Assembly: GCA_030704615.1 (NCBI GenBank)
Contig: CM060734.1
Location: forward strand, 55,800,001 to 55,864,000
Length of the DNA: 64,000 nucleotides
Direction: 5' to 3'
DNA from: Takakia lepidozioides
Lineage: Eukaryota > Plantae > Bryophyta
The notes under the pieces: model-generated
The model's database searches: none
The model's input: only the letters and a program-made list of their open reading frames with translations
Told to the model about the DNA's origin: nothing
Translations under genes and position numbers: made by a program
Shown: one piece after another, positions 38,056-50,199 of the stretch
Numbering within the stretch: the stretch's first letter is position 1
How the letters are laid out: the number at the start of each line of letters is the position of its first letter

Positions 38056-39330
38056 CAGGGTTGCACACGTCAGTGACGTCACGTCAGACCTGACGCTGAC
38101 GCGACCAACGTCACGTCAGTTTTGCCGAAAAATCAGTAAAACATGAGTTAGGTGAAAAATATACCACGTAGGTGGACACGTTGTATTCCAAGCGACACCT
38201 TGGCAAGTGAATGAATTGTTTTATAAATTACTCCATCCGCCAATATTTGAGATCATTTTTAAATCATTATTATTAAATTGGTGCGACCTCCAAATGGTGG
38301 TGGTCGCAGAATTTATTTTATTTTTTAATAGATGCGACCACCAGCAGGGGTGGTCGCATTTTTTTCTTTTTTTAAACAGTTGCGACCACCGTCGCACAAT
38401 TTATTTGTAATAGGTGCGACCACCATCAGGGGGTAGTCGCAACATTTTTCTATTTTTTAATATCTGCGACCACCAGCATGGGGGTGGTCGCAGCATTTTT
38501 CTGTTTTTTTAATAGGTGCGACCACCAACAGGGGGGTGGTCGCAGCATTTTTTTATTTTTTTTAATAATCTTTGTGACCACGAGCATGGAGGTGGTTGCA
38601 GCATTTTTTTTTTTTTTAATAGGTGCAACCACCAACAGGGGGGTGGTCGTAGCAATTTTCTGTTTTTTAATATCTGCGACCACCAGCATGAGGGTGGTCG
38701 CAGCAGTTTTTTTTATAAAATAACATGCGACTTCCTCGTGCGACCTGGAGCGGTCGCAGCATTGGATTCTGATTCGTCGAGCGTGTGAGGCTTGGAAGCT
38801 GGAGGGTATATAAGGTGGTCTCAATGCCCCTCACTTCTTTTGTGGAAAACACTTTTTGTGGCGAGTGAATGTTCTCTATTCCTTGAGCAAGAGTGTAAGC
38901 CGAAAAGGACGGTGCGGACTGTTTGGCTGTTGTGGCTTCTACCAGAGCCACTACAGCAAATTGTCGAAAAGTACAATACTACATGGTGCATTGATCCACT
39001 TGGATTAATGCTGTAGTGTTGGGCCATCGCATTTTGTTCTAACTTCTATTGCTTTTGACAAATCTACCAAGTACACTAGTGTTCTTCGTTCAACCTTAAG
39101 TCTGTGGTTAGGGTTTTGGGTGTGAGGATGAGGGAGGAGGGGATCCCTTGGTTCACCGTAGACCCGCACAAAAAGGACGGTGTTCAATGCAATCTATGTG
39201 CATTGAAGCTGGCGGGTCGCAAAGATCGCATGTTATATCACCTCGGTTATAGAGATGGGAAGAATGCAAGGGTTAGTTTGTGCACGCGAAATCGTGAGCA
39301 CGCGAAACACAGTCCAACAGGTCCCAAAGC
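38056..39330 (+). mobile_element. hAT-like transposon 5' fragment with subterminal hairpin array and BED-type zinc finger
   Basis: Starts CAGGGTTGCACACG. About 10 TGCGACCACC-N-GGTGGTCGCA units lie at 38281-38762. The ORF from ~39128 reads W..VDPHKKDGVQCNLC..LAGRKDRMLYHLG....RVSLC (BED-like). Confidence 0.6.
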
Positions 39331-39755
39331 AATAGCAGATCCAGCGGAATACATTCAACGGGTGAACGGATGGTTGCCCATCCAAATCATTTTTGTTTGC
39401 TTCCAAACTTTGCCAGTACATTCGAGACACCCTCTCATAGGTCCCGGACTAATATCAGATCAATCGAAATTCATTCGATGGCTCAACGGATGGTTGGCCA
39501 TCGAGATGATTTTGGTTCGCTTTGAGACTTGGCCAGTATGTTCAATATACCATGGAAGAGGCACCTCGAGGACACGACGTCTTTTCCTCTTCCTCTTACC
39601 GTCCCCACGAGTAGGCACCAACACTGTCCATGCTTTGTCAGTGGCAATCCCACTGCTTGCCACAAGCTTAGCCCTGAACACAAAACCCACAAAATTAAAA
39701 ACAAACCAGAAACAAAATGAAAGGCAAAGGAAAGAAAAAAAAAAATGAAAAAAAA

Positions 39756-40603
39756 CACTACAACAGATCGCGGTAGTTATGACTGCCAAACCGTGGTAGT
39801 CATGGTTTTCATGACTTTGACCATGACTGCATCATGTTTTTATATGAAATTGACCTCCCGCAGTCGTTCATACGACTGTAGTCATATGAACGACTATCTA
39901 AATAGTCGTCTGTATGACTACATGGCTCCGGAATGGGTGGAAGGCTGATCAACGGCAATTGACCAAATTTAGCTCACCATTCATAGTCATTTCCATGACT
40001 ACAGTGTACATGGATGAGGTTACATAGTCATGATGACTACTAGGGATTTTGTAATTTGGTGTGTATAATACAATTAAAACACCATATGATCATATGAATG
40101 ACTAATGGGTGTATTGGTTAACAGGTAGTGAACTATAACTCTTATAGTAAAGAGGTTGCAGGTTCAAACTCCTCTAAGTACAATCAAATGGATAAAATGG
40201 CCTTAGGGTTAGTAGGCGAGCTAGGGATAGCACGTGGTACCCTAGATGGACTGCCACGTGGTTTTTTCATTATTATAAAATGCATTATGCCACGTGGCAC
40301 AATGCGGTGCGACGCGGCGTTTGACATATGTTTTTAGTTTTTTAGTTTTTTTAATTTAATTTAATTTTTTAAATCAATTGCGCCTCGCCACGTGGCGCGG
40401 CAGCGACGGCTGCAGTATGGTATATATGACTACAATGAGAGATATCACCTGGTTCATATAACTGTAGTCATCCGGACCGTACCATCTTGTACTCATTGTA
40501 TTGACTTGGTTTGCACGACTTACAGTCATAGAAGTCATATGTACCGTTTATGGCTGCAGAATAGTCATATATACAGTCATAAATACCGCGATCTATTATA
40601 GTG
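39756..40603 (+). mobile_element. Complete non-autonomous CACTA (En/Spm) element, 848 bp
   Basis: TIRs CACTACAACAGATCGCGGTA and TACCGCGATCTATTATAGTG, AAA on both sides as the 3-bp TSD, and many ATGACT/AGTCAT subterminal repeats. Confidence 0.85.
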
Positions 40604-41368
40604 AAAGAGGCTCACATTTGCGTCCATGACCTCAATGTTGCCCTCGGTCCCCACTTGTGCTGTACCCCCCATAACGCCCTCTCGGAATAAGGGTGGAAGC
40701 CTATCACATGCACCCAATAGGCTCGCAGGCGGCGCCCCAAAGTCCAGGGTCTTCTTCATTGACCGTTTAGGCGACGGACTTCGCAAGGGGCCCTCCATAG
40801 CCAGTGTCACCCTCTCCTCTTCTCTCTCCTTTTCCCGTGCCCTCTTATTTTCCTCTTCCCTCTTCTTGTCTTCCTCCCTCTTCCTTTCCTCCTCCTTCCA
40901 CCTCATTGCGGCCTCTTTTGAAGCCTCCATCTTCTCCCAAGGTGAGGAGGAACCCACCCCCTTCTGAGCCCCCCCCTTATAAGCCCTCTTGGCTGCAGAA
41001 GAAGGGGAAAAGACATTGGCGGTAGGACTAAGATCAAGTTGCCCATACCTGGCGGCAGATCTGAGAATGCGCTTCCCCGCGTAAAAGTCAGGGCCCTCCA
41101 TCAGTCTGTGGGGTGGCATCCCAGCCTGAACATTGGGTGCATCACCCTCAAGTGGAGGCTCATCCCCAGCCTCAACCTTCGAGGGCGTGGAGGCCTCGAC
41201 GGCCTTACGGCTTGGTCCTCTCATATAGCCGCTTATAGGGCTGGTGAGTTTGGACCAAGTGGACCGTGTCACACGGCCGTCAATGATGGGAGCGTTGTTA
41301 GGCTTCCCTACCTTAGCGACAGGCGATTTCTCCTCCTTCGGCGGCCCCTTCTCCTTGTCCTTCGCCAT
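40604..41368 (-). other. Truncated orphan ORF (K/E coiled-coil, SP-rich), probably the 5' ORF of a retroelement
   Basis: About 255 codons open from a clear ATG (MAKDKEKGPPKEEK...), ending where it meets the CACTA terminus. No recognisable domain. Confidence 0.35.
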
Positions 41369-41879
41369 ACTACCAGCTTATCCCTACGCCCACAACACTA
41401 CTACCGTGTGATTTCACATGCCAAGAACCAACAAGGCCTGACCCTCCCCCTTCCCCTCTCTCCCTCTCCCTCTATCTTTATGTCCTCCTCCATCTCCCCC
41501 TTTCTCTCTCTGTTGATAAGCAAAAAAAGGAAAAGAGGGGGGGGGGGGGGGGGGTTGAGAGCACCAGCACTTGCTGCTGCTGTCAGCCCTCCACCATTCC
41601 AAAAATAAAAAAAATAAAAATGGGGGGGACTGAGAGCAACAGCAGCAAGTACTTGCTGCTGCAGCTCTCAGCGCCCCCCACCATTGCCAAAACCAAAAAA
41701 TAAAAGGTCGGGGGGGGGCTAAGACCAGCAGCAGCAAGCTGCTTTCAGCACTTCCCACCATTCTACAAACAAAAAACGAAAAAGTGAGGGGGGGAAGTGA
41801 CTGAGCAGCAGTAGCTGCTGAGTCACTCCCCCCCCCCCCCCCCCATTTTCTTCCATCATCTCTCCCACTCTCTCCCTCT

Positions 41880-44800
41880 CTCCCTCTTTTCCCTCATCTC
41901 TCCCTCTCTCTCCCTCTCTCCCTCTGTCCCTCTGTCTCCCTCTGTCCCATCAGGATGTGGAGAGAGAGGGACTGTTGAGGGGGGGAAAAAAACAAAAAAC
42001 GGTGGGGGGGTGGGGAAGTGACTGGAGCAGCTGCCCCCCCCCCCATTTTTTTTTTTTTTTTTTCCCTCTCAACAGTCCCTCTCTCTCCCTCTCTCCCTCT
42101 CTCTCCCTCTCTACTGGGAATTGGCAGTTTGCTATCAGTGTTGTTCTTGTTTTCTCATCCTCTATCAGGTTTTTTCATCCATACCGGATGAGCCACCAGG
42201 ATGGACACTGAATTACCTCTAGGATGGTTCTTTTGGCCTTTTCATTCCTCCTTTATTGACTCTCATCCATACCGGATGAGTCACCATGGAAGAAAAGAAT
42301 TACCTCTATGGAGGTTGCCAACAGCATCCTGTTTTTCCATCCGTACCGGATGAAAAACTACCAGGGTGATAATTCTTCATTCCTCTTTTATTGACTCTTT
42401 TTATCCATATCGGATGGTCTGGTGAGGAATGATAGAATTACCTAGATGGAGGTAAGGCGCTACCACGGATGATATTCCCTATTTTTTCATCCTGACACAA
42501 GTGATCTGTCTATGGATGATGTGATTATGGTCTGGAATTGATCTTTACTATCCCTAATTATGATTAATTACGGTGGAAACCCTAACCCCTACCCCAAAAC
42601 CTATTTTTAACCCTGCTGCGGATGAAATCCATCAGGGTATACGGATGCGTCCTACTGTTTTTCATCCACGGATGAATAATCGGGGGACAAAAAACCCTAT
42701 GTCGTCTCTCCCGCTATCAGAAGCACGCGATGTGCTTCTGAGCTCGCGAGGAGAGTGTTATGGCGGACGTGCTTCGGTGGCTGCCCCGTTTGTGATGTCG
42801 TACCCATGCTGGACGAGCGCCTGGGGGGCGCGAAGGCGGCGCCTTGTCTCTCCTGCAGCGGGAAACACCGCTATGAATGCAATGGCATCTTCCCTCCTCT
42901 GGCTTTTTTTGTGCTTAGCAAGGGTGCTTATGATGGGAAGCTCTCTCCTTCCTTTCTAGTGCCTTGCGATTGTGCCTGCTTTGCTTCATTGCTTATGTGT
43001 TTTGTGGAGGCGGCTTGCTGCGGGTGGTGATGGCGCATAACCCTCTTCCCCAATCGCTTAAGGTGCCTTTGGAGTTTAGGGATTCTCATGTTCTTATCTC
43101 TTTCTCTTGCTTTTGAGTTTCTTAGTTGACATCGATGACAAGTGTGAGGGTCTGTGATTCACCCGGGGTTCCACAATCCTCACTAACCTGTTGGTTTTTG
43201 TGGGGGCTTGTGATGGGACCAGGTGAGGATCCTCACCTACTTTGAAGCTTCTTAAGCATGCAGATTGGGATATGGGCTAAGAAGACCTGTGGGTCTTTGC
43301 ACTGTGAGGTGGCTGCTACTTGCAACCCCGATTTCAACCCGACTGCTCCTGGTTTGGCATGCTATAGCCTGGTTTTTGGCCTTTGTCGTTCTGCCGTCGA
43401 TGCGCAACTCGGCCTGACTGGCCCGTCTCCTGAGGCTTGCATACAAACCATACCCTACCTCTTGATCTTTGACAGTAGGGCCTGTGGATTATTGAGCTAG
43501 GTTGTAAGTTCTTTTGGCCAAAGAGGTTCTGGTTTTAGGTGGTATGTTTTTGGCGGTTTTGGGTCTCTATGGACATGGTGGCCTTGAAGGGTATGGCGGC
43601 AGCCTGATAAGGCACCGACCTGCTCTTTTTTGGGCCTGTTTCTGTTGAGTACTAGATCACAGTGAGGTGTTCTTTGCATGCTTTAGCATGGAACTCTTGA
43701 AGGATGAGGATGGTAAGCTGCAATGGGATCCTACCTATAGTTTTGGCTTTGTCATGACATCAAGCCTATGACCTGCAATCTGGTTTTTTATATGCAAAAG
43801 AGGCTGGATCTCGGCTGTTCAAGCTGCTTGTATGTACAAGTCTTGAACCTGCAATTTGACAGGCTGAGTTCACATTCGCTTGACACCTTGTATGATCACA
43901 TGTCTCAGGGTGAATACAAATGATATGGAATTTATTTCATCATGCCCAAGTAGGACTGCTTGGTGGCATATTGTGATTCTGACAAATTGCAGGCTGGTCC
44001 TTATGCCTTGGCTGATGCATGACCTGTCATAATTAATGGCTGAAAAGGTAAGATGCTGCAACCTGTGGGTCATATCCAAGATGTATGTGTGAAAACGTGT
44101 CTTGAAATGATAATAGGGCAGGCTGGACCATGGTACCTTGCCTTTTGCATGACCTCAACATTTTTATGCTCCTTCAATACATGACCTGCTGGCTGAACCA
44201 AGAGGCCTTGCAGCTTGCACAGGAACAACAATATCTTATCTTGTCCCACACATGAACAAATGATTCATTGGCCAAGATGGCCGGATCTCGGGTGTTCAAG
44301 ATGCTTGCATCCCCTACATGAACAAACCCAGCCCTCCCACCCTGTTTTATCATGACTGATTGGGTGATGTCAATTCATGGGAAGCTATGACAAGAATGGA
44401 AATGTTAGATGGTGCCCTGTTTTGGGTTGTTTATGTCTTTAATTGACAATGACCCTAGTGGGTCTTGTCCATGTCTTGACATGACATGAATATCTTCCCT
44501 CATCTCTCCCTCTGTCCCATGAAGATGTGGAGAGAGAGGGAGAGAGGGAGAAAGAGGGAGTGAGGAGGGAAAAAAAAACTAAAAAAGAAGGTGAGGGGGG
44601 AGTGACTGAGCACCACCAGCATCTGAGAAGCAGCTGCTTAGTCACTCCGCTGCTACTCAGTCACTCCCCCCCCCCCATTTTTATTTTTTATTTTTCTCCT
44701 CATTTCTCTGTCTCTCTGCCCATCTGTCCCTGTCCCTCTACTGCTCACAAAAGAAAAAAACCAGAGAGGGGAGCTGCTGCTCCTCAGTCACCCCCCCCCC

Positions 44801-46630
44801 TACTTCTTTATTTATTTTCTTGGCCCCCTCTATCCCTCTCCCTCCCTCTCTCCCGTCTCTCCCGGTCCCTCTCTCTCCCTCTCTCCCTCTCCCTCTATAA
44901 ATCTTTGGATTTCATCTGGCCTTATCCTTTTGAGGTTATTTAGTTTTTCATCCCTACCTTTTTTCATCCAAATCTGGATGATTTTATTTTATTTTATTAT
45001 TGGATGATGAAACTTAATATACAGAAAGCTAGAGTTACCATCTATTTTTTTCATCTAAACTGGATGATCTACATAAATAATGGTTACCTATTATAAAATC
45101 CAAGAGAATAATAAAACTACCATCATAAATGATGGTAGTTATTAAACCTAAACCTATACCATAACCCTAAAAGATACATCTCTATGGGATGTCATCCAGT
45201 GACAAAATGCCTATCTTGGTAAAATGTGATATTTCATCCATCCTGGATGAAAAATCGGGCAGTTTTGCCCTAAGCAGGCTGACACACTTCAAGCACTGAA
45301 CTCGTGCTTCAGTGAACTTTGATGATGCGCCATATAAACCTGCTCCCCTGCTGCTACATGGTACTCGTGATTGCTGGCTCTTGGGATGCGCAGTGGTGGT
45401 TAAACAGATTCTTCTATGGCAGACGACAAAGCCGTGATTGCTCTGATCAGGAACTCATGGTTCTTTATTTTGCAGCGGCGCTTTTACTCCTTGTTGGGAA
45501 GTACTCTATCCCTATTTATCTATAGATTACTTGTTGCTCTCTCTTTGTGTATGAGCCACTCTCTAGCTGTGAACGCTTCTACTCTGACTGCGTTCTGTTG
45601 GAGACAATCTGTTGGACGCCATGGCGCAAGGCATACCACAAACACTCAAGGTTTTTTTTGAGTTTACCATTGCTTGAACTGTGATCTGTACTTGCTTTAG
45701 AATTCAACACTGACATGGATAGCAACTGTGAAGACTTGCCACTTACCTGCTGCATCCTCACTAACACACATCGCTATGTGGTGGTTTTTGGGACGGGCAC
45801 AGGTGAGGGTCTTCACTTGTCTTGATTTCTTGAAGCTTGCAGTTCCTGTTCTTGCAAGTGTGGATACTACTGTTGCCTAAGCTGCTGATGCCATCTGCTG
45901 TTTCGAACTACCACCATGCCACTTCAGACCTGCGCCAAGATTGCTCCAATGAGGATCTGCTTCTCTCCTTACCCCTGTTTATGGTTTTTTACAACCACAT
46001 TTGCATGTGTAGGAGTTTAGCTGTGAAGGATACAAGGATACAAAAAAGCAGTTATTACTCTGACTGCATTGATACTTGGCAAATGAGAACTCTTGGTATG
46101 ACTCTGATGGATCAAAAGGATAGGCTTTGATAGATAACACACATTCTTCAAGGCCCTCATATCATTTTGGTTTCATGGCTTGATAACAAACTGGGGTTTC
46201 TGAGCTGCTCTTTCACCTTGGCAGAACTACTTTATGTGGCCTTAAAATACCATTTTAGGCCTATACCTGCTTAAGGGGGCTCTACACTGATGTTTCTTCT
46301 TCCTTTTTAAGAATCTTGCTTATATCTTGGTTCTAAAACATCATCTTCAAACCAAACCTGCAATCTGGTTTTTGAAATGAGTTTATAATGGATTCTTGAG
46401 ACGATGATGTGTACTATGGTGCTTTCATGATATGATTGACCTGGAATCCCACCCTCCCGCCCTGTTTTTTCAGAGACCCTGAAATGTAATTGGGTATTCA
46501 AATGAGATTGTAAACATGAAAGAGAATGTTAGATGGTGCCCTGTAAAGGGCTGTTTTGTCTTTCAATGACAATGACCTTAGCGGTCTTGTCCATGTCTTA
46601 ACATGACATGTATATCTTCCCTCTCTCCCT
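41880..46630. repeat. Degenerate composite repeat, about 2 units (GA-rich tract + TTTTCATCC/GGATGA array + unique block)
   Basis: CTCTCCCTCTGTCCCAT..GATGTGGAGAGAGAGGG at ~41933 and ~44505. GGATGA arrays end AATCGGGGACAAAAAACCCTA (~42699) and AATCGGGCAGTTTTGCCCTA (~45272). AATGTTAGATGGTGCCCTGT..GACAATGACC..GTCTTGTCCATGTCTT.ACATGACATG at ~44401 and ~46525. Confidence 0.6.
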
Positions 46631-46639
46631 CTCTCTCCA

Positions 46640-46720
46640 TGAAATTGAAACTGAAGAACACTTCTTCTATTGTCTTATATACTATGAGATCCGTGAGGAT
46701 TCCACTGTCTACTCCGTGGA
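46640..46720 (+). mobile_element. Possible LINE ORF2 C-terminal zinc-knuckle remnant
   Basis: IETEEHFFYCLIYYEIR resembles the E-T-x-x-H-x-x-x-x-C end motif of non-LTR retrotransposon RT proteins; very short. Confidence 0.3.
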
Positions 46721-47962
46721 ACCCAAACTCTCACTGAAATCTCTCACTATGAAGATCAGAAATGCATGGTTGCTTACCTGCAGTTGGGCGCCTCACGCAA
46801 CAACTCCTTCACGTTGGCGTTCCGCTAGCGCTCCGCCACCAGGTCGCGTGGGCACACTCCCTCGCTCAAACAAAAAAAATTAAAAATAAAATGAGAAGAT
46901 GGAGAGAGAGAGTGAGGGAGAGAATGAGGGAGAGAGATAAGGGCGAGAGGGAGAGTGAGAGATAAGAGGGAGAATGAGAGAGAGAGAAGGAGAGGGAGGG
47001 CAGCTCCCTCACGCGGCAGCTCCTTCACGCTGGCGGTCGCTGGCATTCGGCTGACGCTCCACCAGCAGGTCACGGGGGGCGCTCTCCCAACTCACTCAAA
47101 AAAAAAAAAAAAACACAAACGACATAGAAGAGGGAGAGAGAGAGAGTGAGGGAGAGGGATTAGGGCGAGAGGGAGAGTGAGAGAGAGAGGACGCACGTGG
47201 GTTTGAACGTCGTGGCGCGTCAATGTTGCGTCACCGCCGCCGGAAAATGCTCCGGCGCGCGGGGTAGTTGCGCCCGGGGAGAGCTCGAGAGCAAAAAAAA
47301 CAAAGTAGGGATGGAGGGAGGGGAGGGAGGAAGAGTGAGAGGAGGAGGTGAGGGAGAGAGAGATCAGATAGAGAGATTGAGAGGGGGAGTGAGAGGCGGT
47401 CGTGTAGCTGCGGCGCGCCAATGTGGTGATCCCACCGGAAACCTCGGCGGCAATCAGGCGCCTTCGCGAAGGGGAGAGAAGGCGGCCACCTTGGCAGGAG
47501 GAGGATCCTCTGCGACGTTGGGGAATCGCACGAGCGTCACTGCCTCAGGGGGACGTCACACGGGAGTCACAGGGACGTCGCACGGCAGTCGCAGATCTGG
47601 CGCAGAGGTGAGTTGAAGAGGCCTCTCATTTTTATTTTATTTTTTGGTTTTTTGGTTATGGGGTTTTGCAAGGATCATTTGGGTTTTTGGGTCTTTGGCT
47701 CTTAGGGTTTTAAGGGTTATATAGTTTAGTTTAGGTTTAGTTTTCATAGTTTAGTTTAGGGTTAGTTATAATATAGTTAGTTTAGGATTAGCTGCAATAT
47801 AGTTTTTGTTTTTAGGGTTTTGTTTTTTTGGTGGGGTGGGGACATATGGCTTTACGTTTGTAGGTTTTTTTTTTCAAGTTTTTCCTAGGGTTGGGAGTGT
47901 AACTCCTCTGGAGGTTACAATGGGTCACAATACGATACTCTACCTCTCTCTCGTGCTAGGTC

Positions 47963-49754
47963 ATGCCGCGTGTTTATCGACGTGTCACGCTTGAGGATTT
48001 GTTGTTGGCTGTGCCACAACCACTTGTTGAGGGCGAGACATCACGTTCGCCTCGTCTACGAGTTAGGCGGCATCGCCATGTCCGCACAGCTTTGCCCACA
48101 CGACCACCACCCCGAGGTCGTAGGCCGCCAAGTCCAGAGGCACAAGCCCCGGGGAGACCCCGCCGGGACCGCCTCCCCAAGATTAAGTGTTGGTGCAGTT
48201 GGTGTTTGGCACGACTACTGGTTGGGAGGACCACACCGATGATGCGTCGACCCCATGTTGTGCAAAAACATTACGCCAAGTACGAGATTGCTGATGCAGC
48301 AAAGGTAAGTCGTCCATATATCTTCTCACGTACTCCTCAATTAAAAGTACTATATCTAATGAAACCTCGCGCGTTTGTGAATTGAGTATTGATGCATTTC
48401 ATATCATGCATCTTGCAGCCCCGTCTTGATGTCCAAGCTCGCAATTTTTTTGCTGAAGAGACATACCAATGCGGGTTTCTTCTTTCTTACAAACCCCACC
48501 CCGTTCCGGATGTGAACATTTTTTTCTCGCAACATGACGTAGATGCTGTTTGTGAGGTAGCGGGGTACGATGCGCGTTTTCCTATTTTTGGGCACCGGGC
48601 TAGGCGCTTGTCACCTACGCACACACATTCGTCATCCTCGACATCGGCACCCCCATCATCACCATCATCCGCATCGTCCGTTCCTCCTATTGTAGATGGT
48701 CTTTCCTCATCACCATTGTCATCCGAGGTCCCTCATACCGACCGGCTACGTGTCCCTTCCCCTCCGAGTTCGACGTCCTCGACATCGGCACCCCCATCAT
48801 CACCATCATCCGCATCGTCCGTTCCTCCTATTGTACATGTTCTTTCCTCATCACCATCGCCATCCCGGCCATCTCGGCCAGTACTACCTCCACGCGAGAT
48901 CCCTCATACCAACCTACGTGTTCCTTCCCCTTCATTGCCGAGACCACAGCCGCCACCGAGTCCGTATCAGGTCCTCCGGCAGAACCCGGATGGATCCCAC
49001 CACCTTTGGGGACTGTGTATGACTGGGACCGATGGATCACTAGGTTCCCACTCCGGGAGAAGGGCCCCCGAAGTGATGGACGGGCGGCGCCCCCTAGGAG
49101 AGGTGGACCGAAGTTGTTTCGCACGGTTGGTCCGCGCCTTCGCCGGCCTAATGACGGCACCATACGTCATCGTGGTGCTAGGGAGCTATTCACGATGGGA
49201 GTCCAACCCCATTTCTACCAATGTCTTATGCCTTGTCCAGTTCCGATTCCCGAGGGTGAGCCCTTTTTTTTGGGGTCGCATGTATTGCGTGATGGAGGCA
49301 ATGGACCCTAGTATGGGTCGCGGACTTTTTTTGATGGAGGATGTAGTTTTGGGGGGAGGAGAGGATTCTGTGGATTTTTTCCCCTATTTTGGGCCGAGGT
49401 ACACCCACCGAGAGTGGCCATTATTGCAAACACACGGCCTTGGGTCCTTGATCCATCCTTACATCCTTGTTGTGAACGACAATAAGGGCGAGAAATTTGG
49501 ACCGCAAAGCCCATATTTATTGTGATGGAAACCCCGATGTGTACGGCAACGTGGCTGGGCTCATCAACAGTTCAGTTACCTTACCGCCGGGCCCACCGCC
49601 AACGTGTTTTGGGATGAGCGCCATGACGGGGATAGTAGATTGGACCCTAACATCACCACTTTTTGTGATGACTGTGCAATGAGGACTATTAGGGTTGGAG
49701 AGGAGTTGTTTTGCAGAGTATGACTTGGCGTTAGCCGACTTTCATCATGTGTAG
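47963..49754 (+). CDS. Putative transposon-borne spliced gene: Cys/His motif + Pro/Ser-rich linker + divergent SET domain (frameshifted in homopolymers)
   Basis: Exon 1 47963-48304 (AAG|GTAAGT), intron 48305-48418 (TTGCAG|), exon 2 from 48419 in frame. SET-like blocks GRGLFL..FFPYFGPRY (~49315-49402), CDGNPDVYGNVAGLINSS (~49520-49575), ANVFW and AMRTIRVGEELF(AEY) (~49676-49721) join after 1-nt corrections near 49497, 49593 and 49710. Confidence 0.6.
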
Positions 49755-50199
49755 ATGGACGTAGGAAGACAGTTTTGTACATTGAGGTGGCTTCCTCCAC
49801 CGTGTATATATATACATAGGCATTGATGTGTATTTGGATGCAGTTTTTCATGCTATATTCAAGGGAGTTTGGGTGGACGTTATATGTGAATTTGGGTATT
49901 TTGAATTATATAGGGTCTCCTTCATGTGGTGAAGCAATGTATGTATTCCCCTCGTGTGTATAATGTGTACTTTGGGTTTTATCCTGTATGATAACGAACA
50001 ACGTCATGTATGGAAACTGATAATGACATGGTTTGGCATCTTAGGATGCCGGCCACAACCCCACGACGTTAATTCATGAAGTTCATGATCTTGTCATTAT
50101 GCATTAGGATGTGGCAGCAATGGAGGACCTCTTAATGCATCAGATGGTAGATGAGGACACAAACTCTTTGAATGACATGTAAAAAGATGCAATCGGATT

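Noticed and set aside
38281-38762. CRISPR-like array of palindromic repeats
   Set aside because: The spacers are low-complexity T-tracts rather than unique sequences, no cas genes are present and the context is eukaryotic. A transposon subterminal array explains it better.
46800-47900. GA-rich ORFs and TTAGGGTTT motifs read as genes or an interstitial telomere
   Set aside because: Low-complexity sequence with scattered telobox-like motifs, not tandem telomeric arrays. Probably the leader of the element carrying the SET-like gene.
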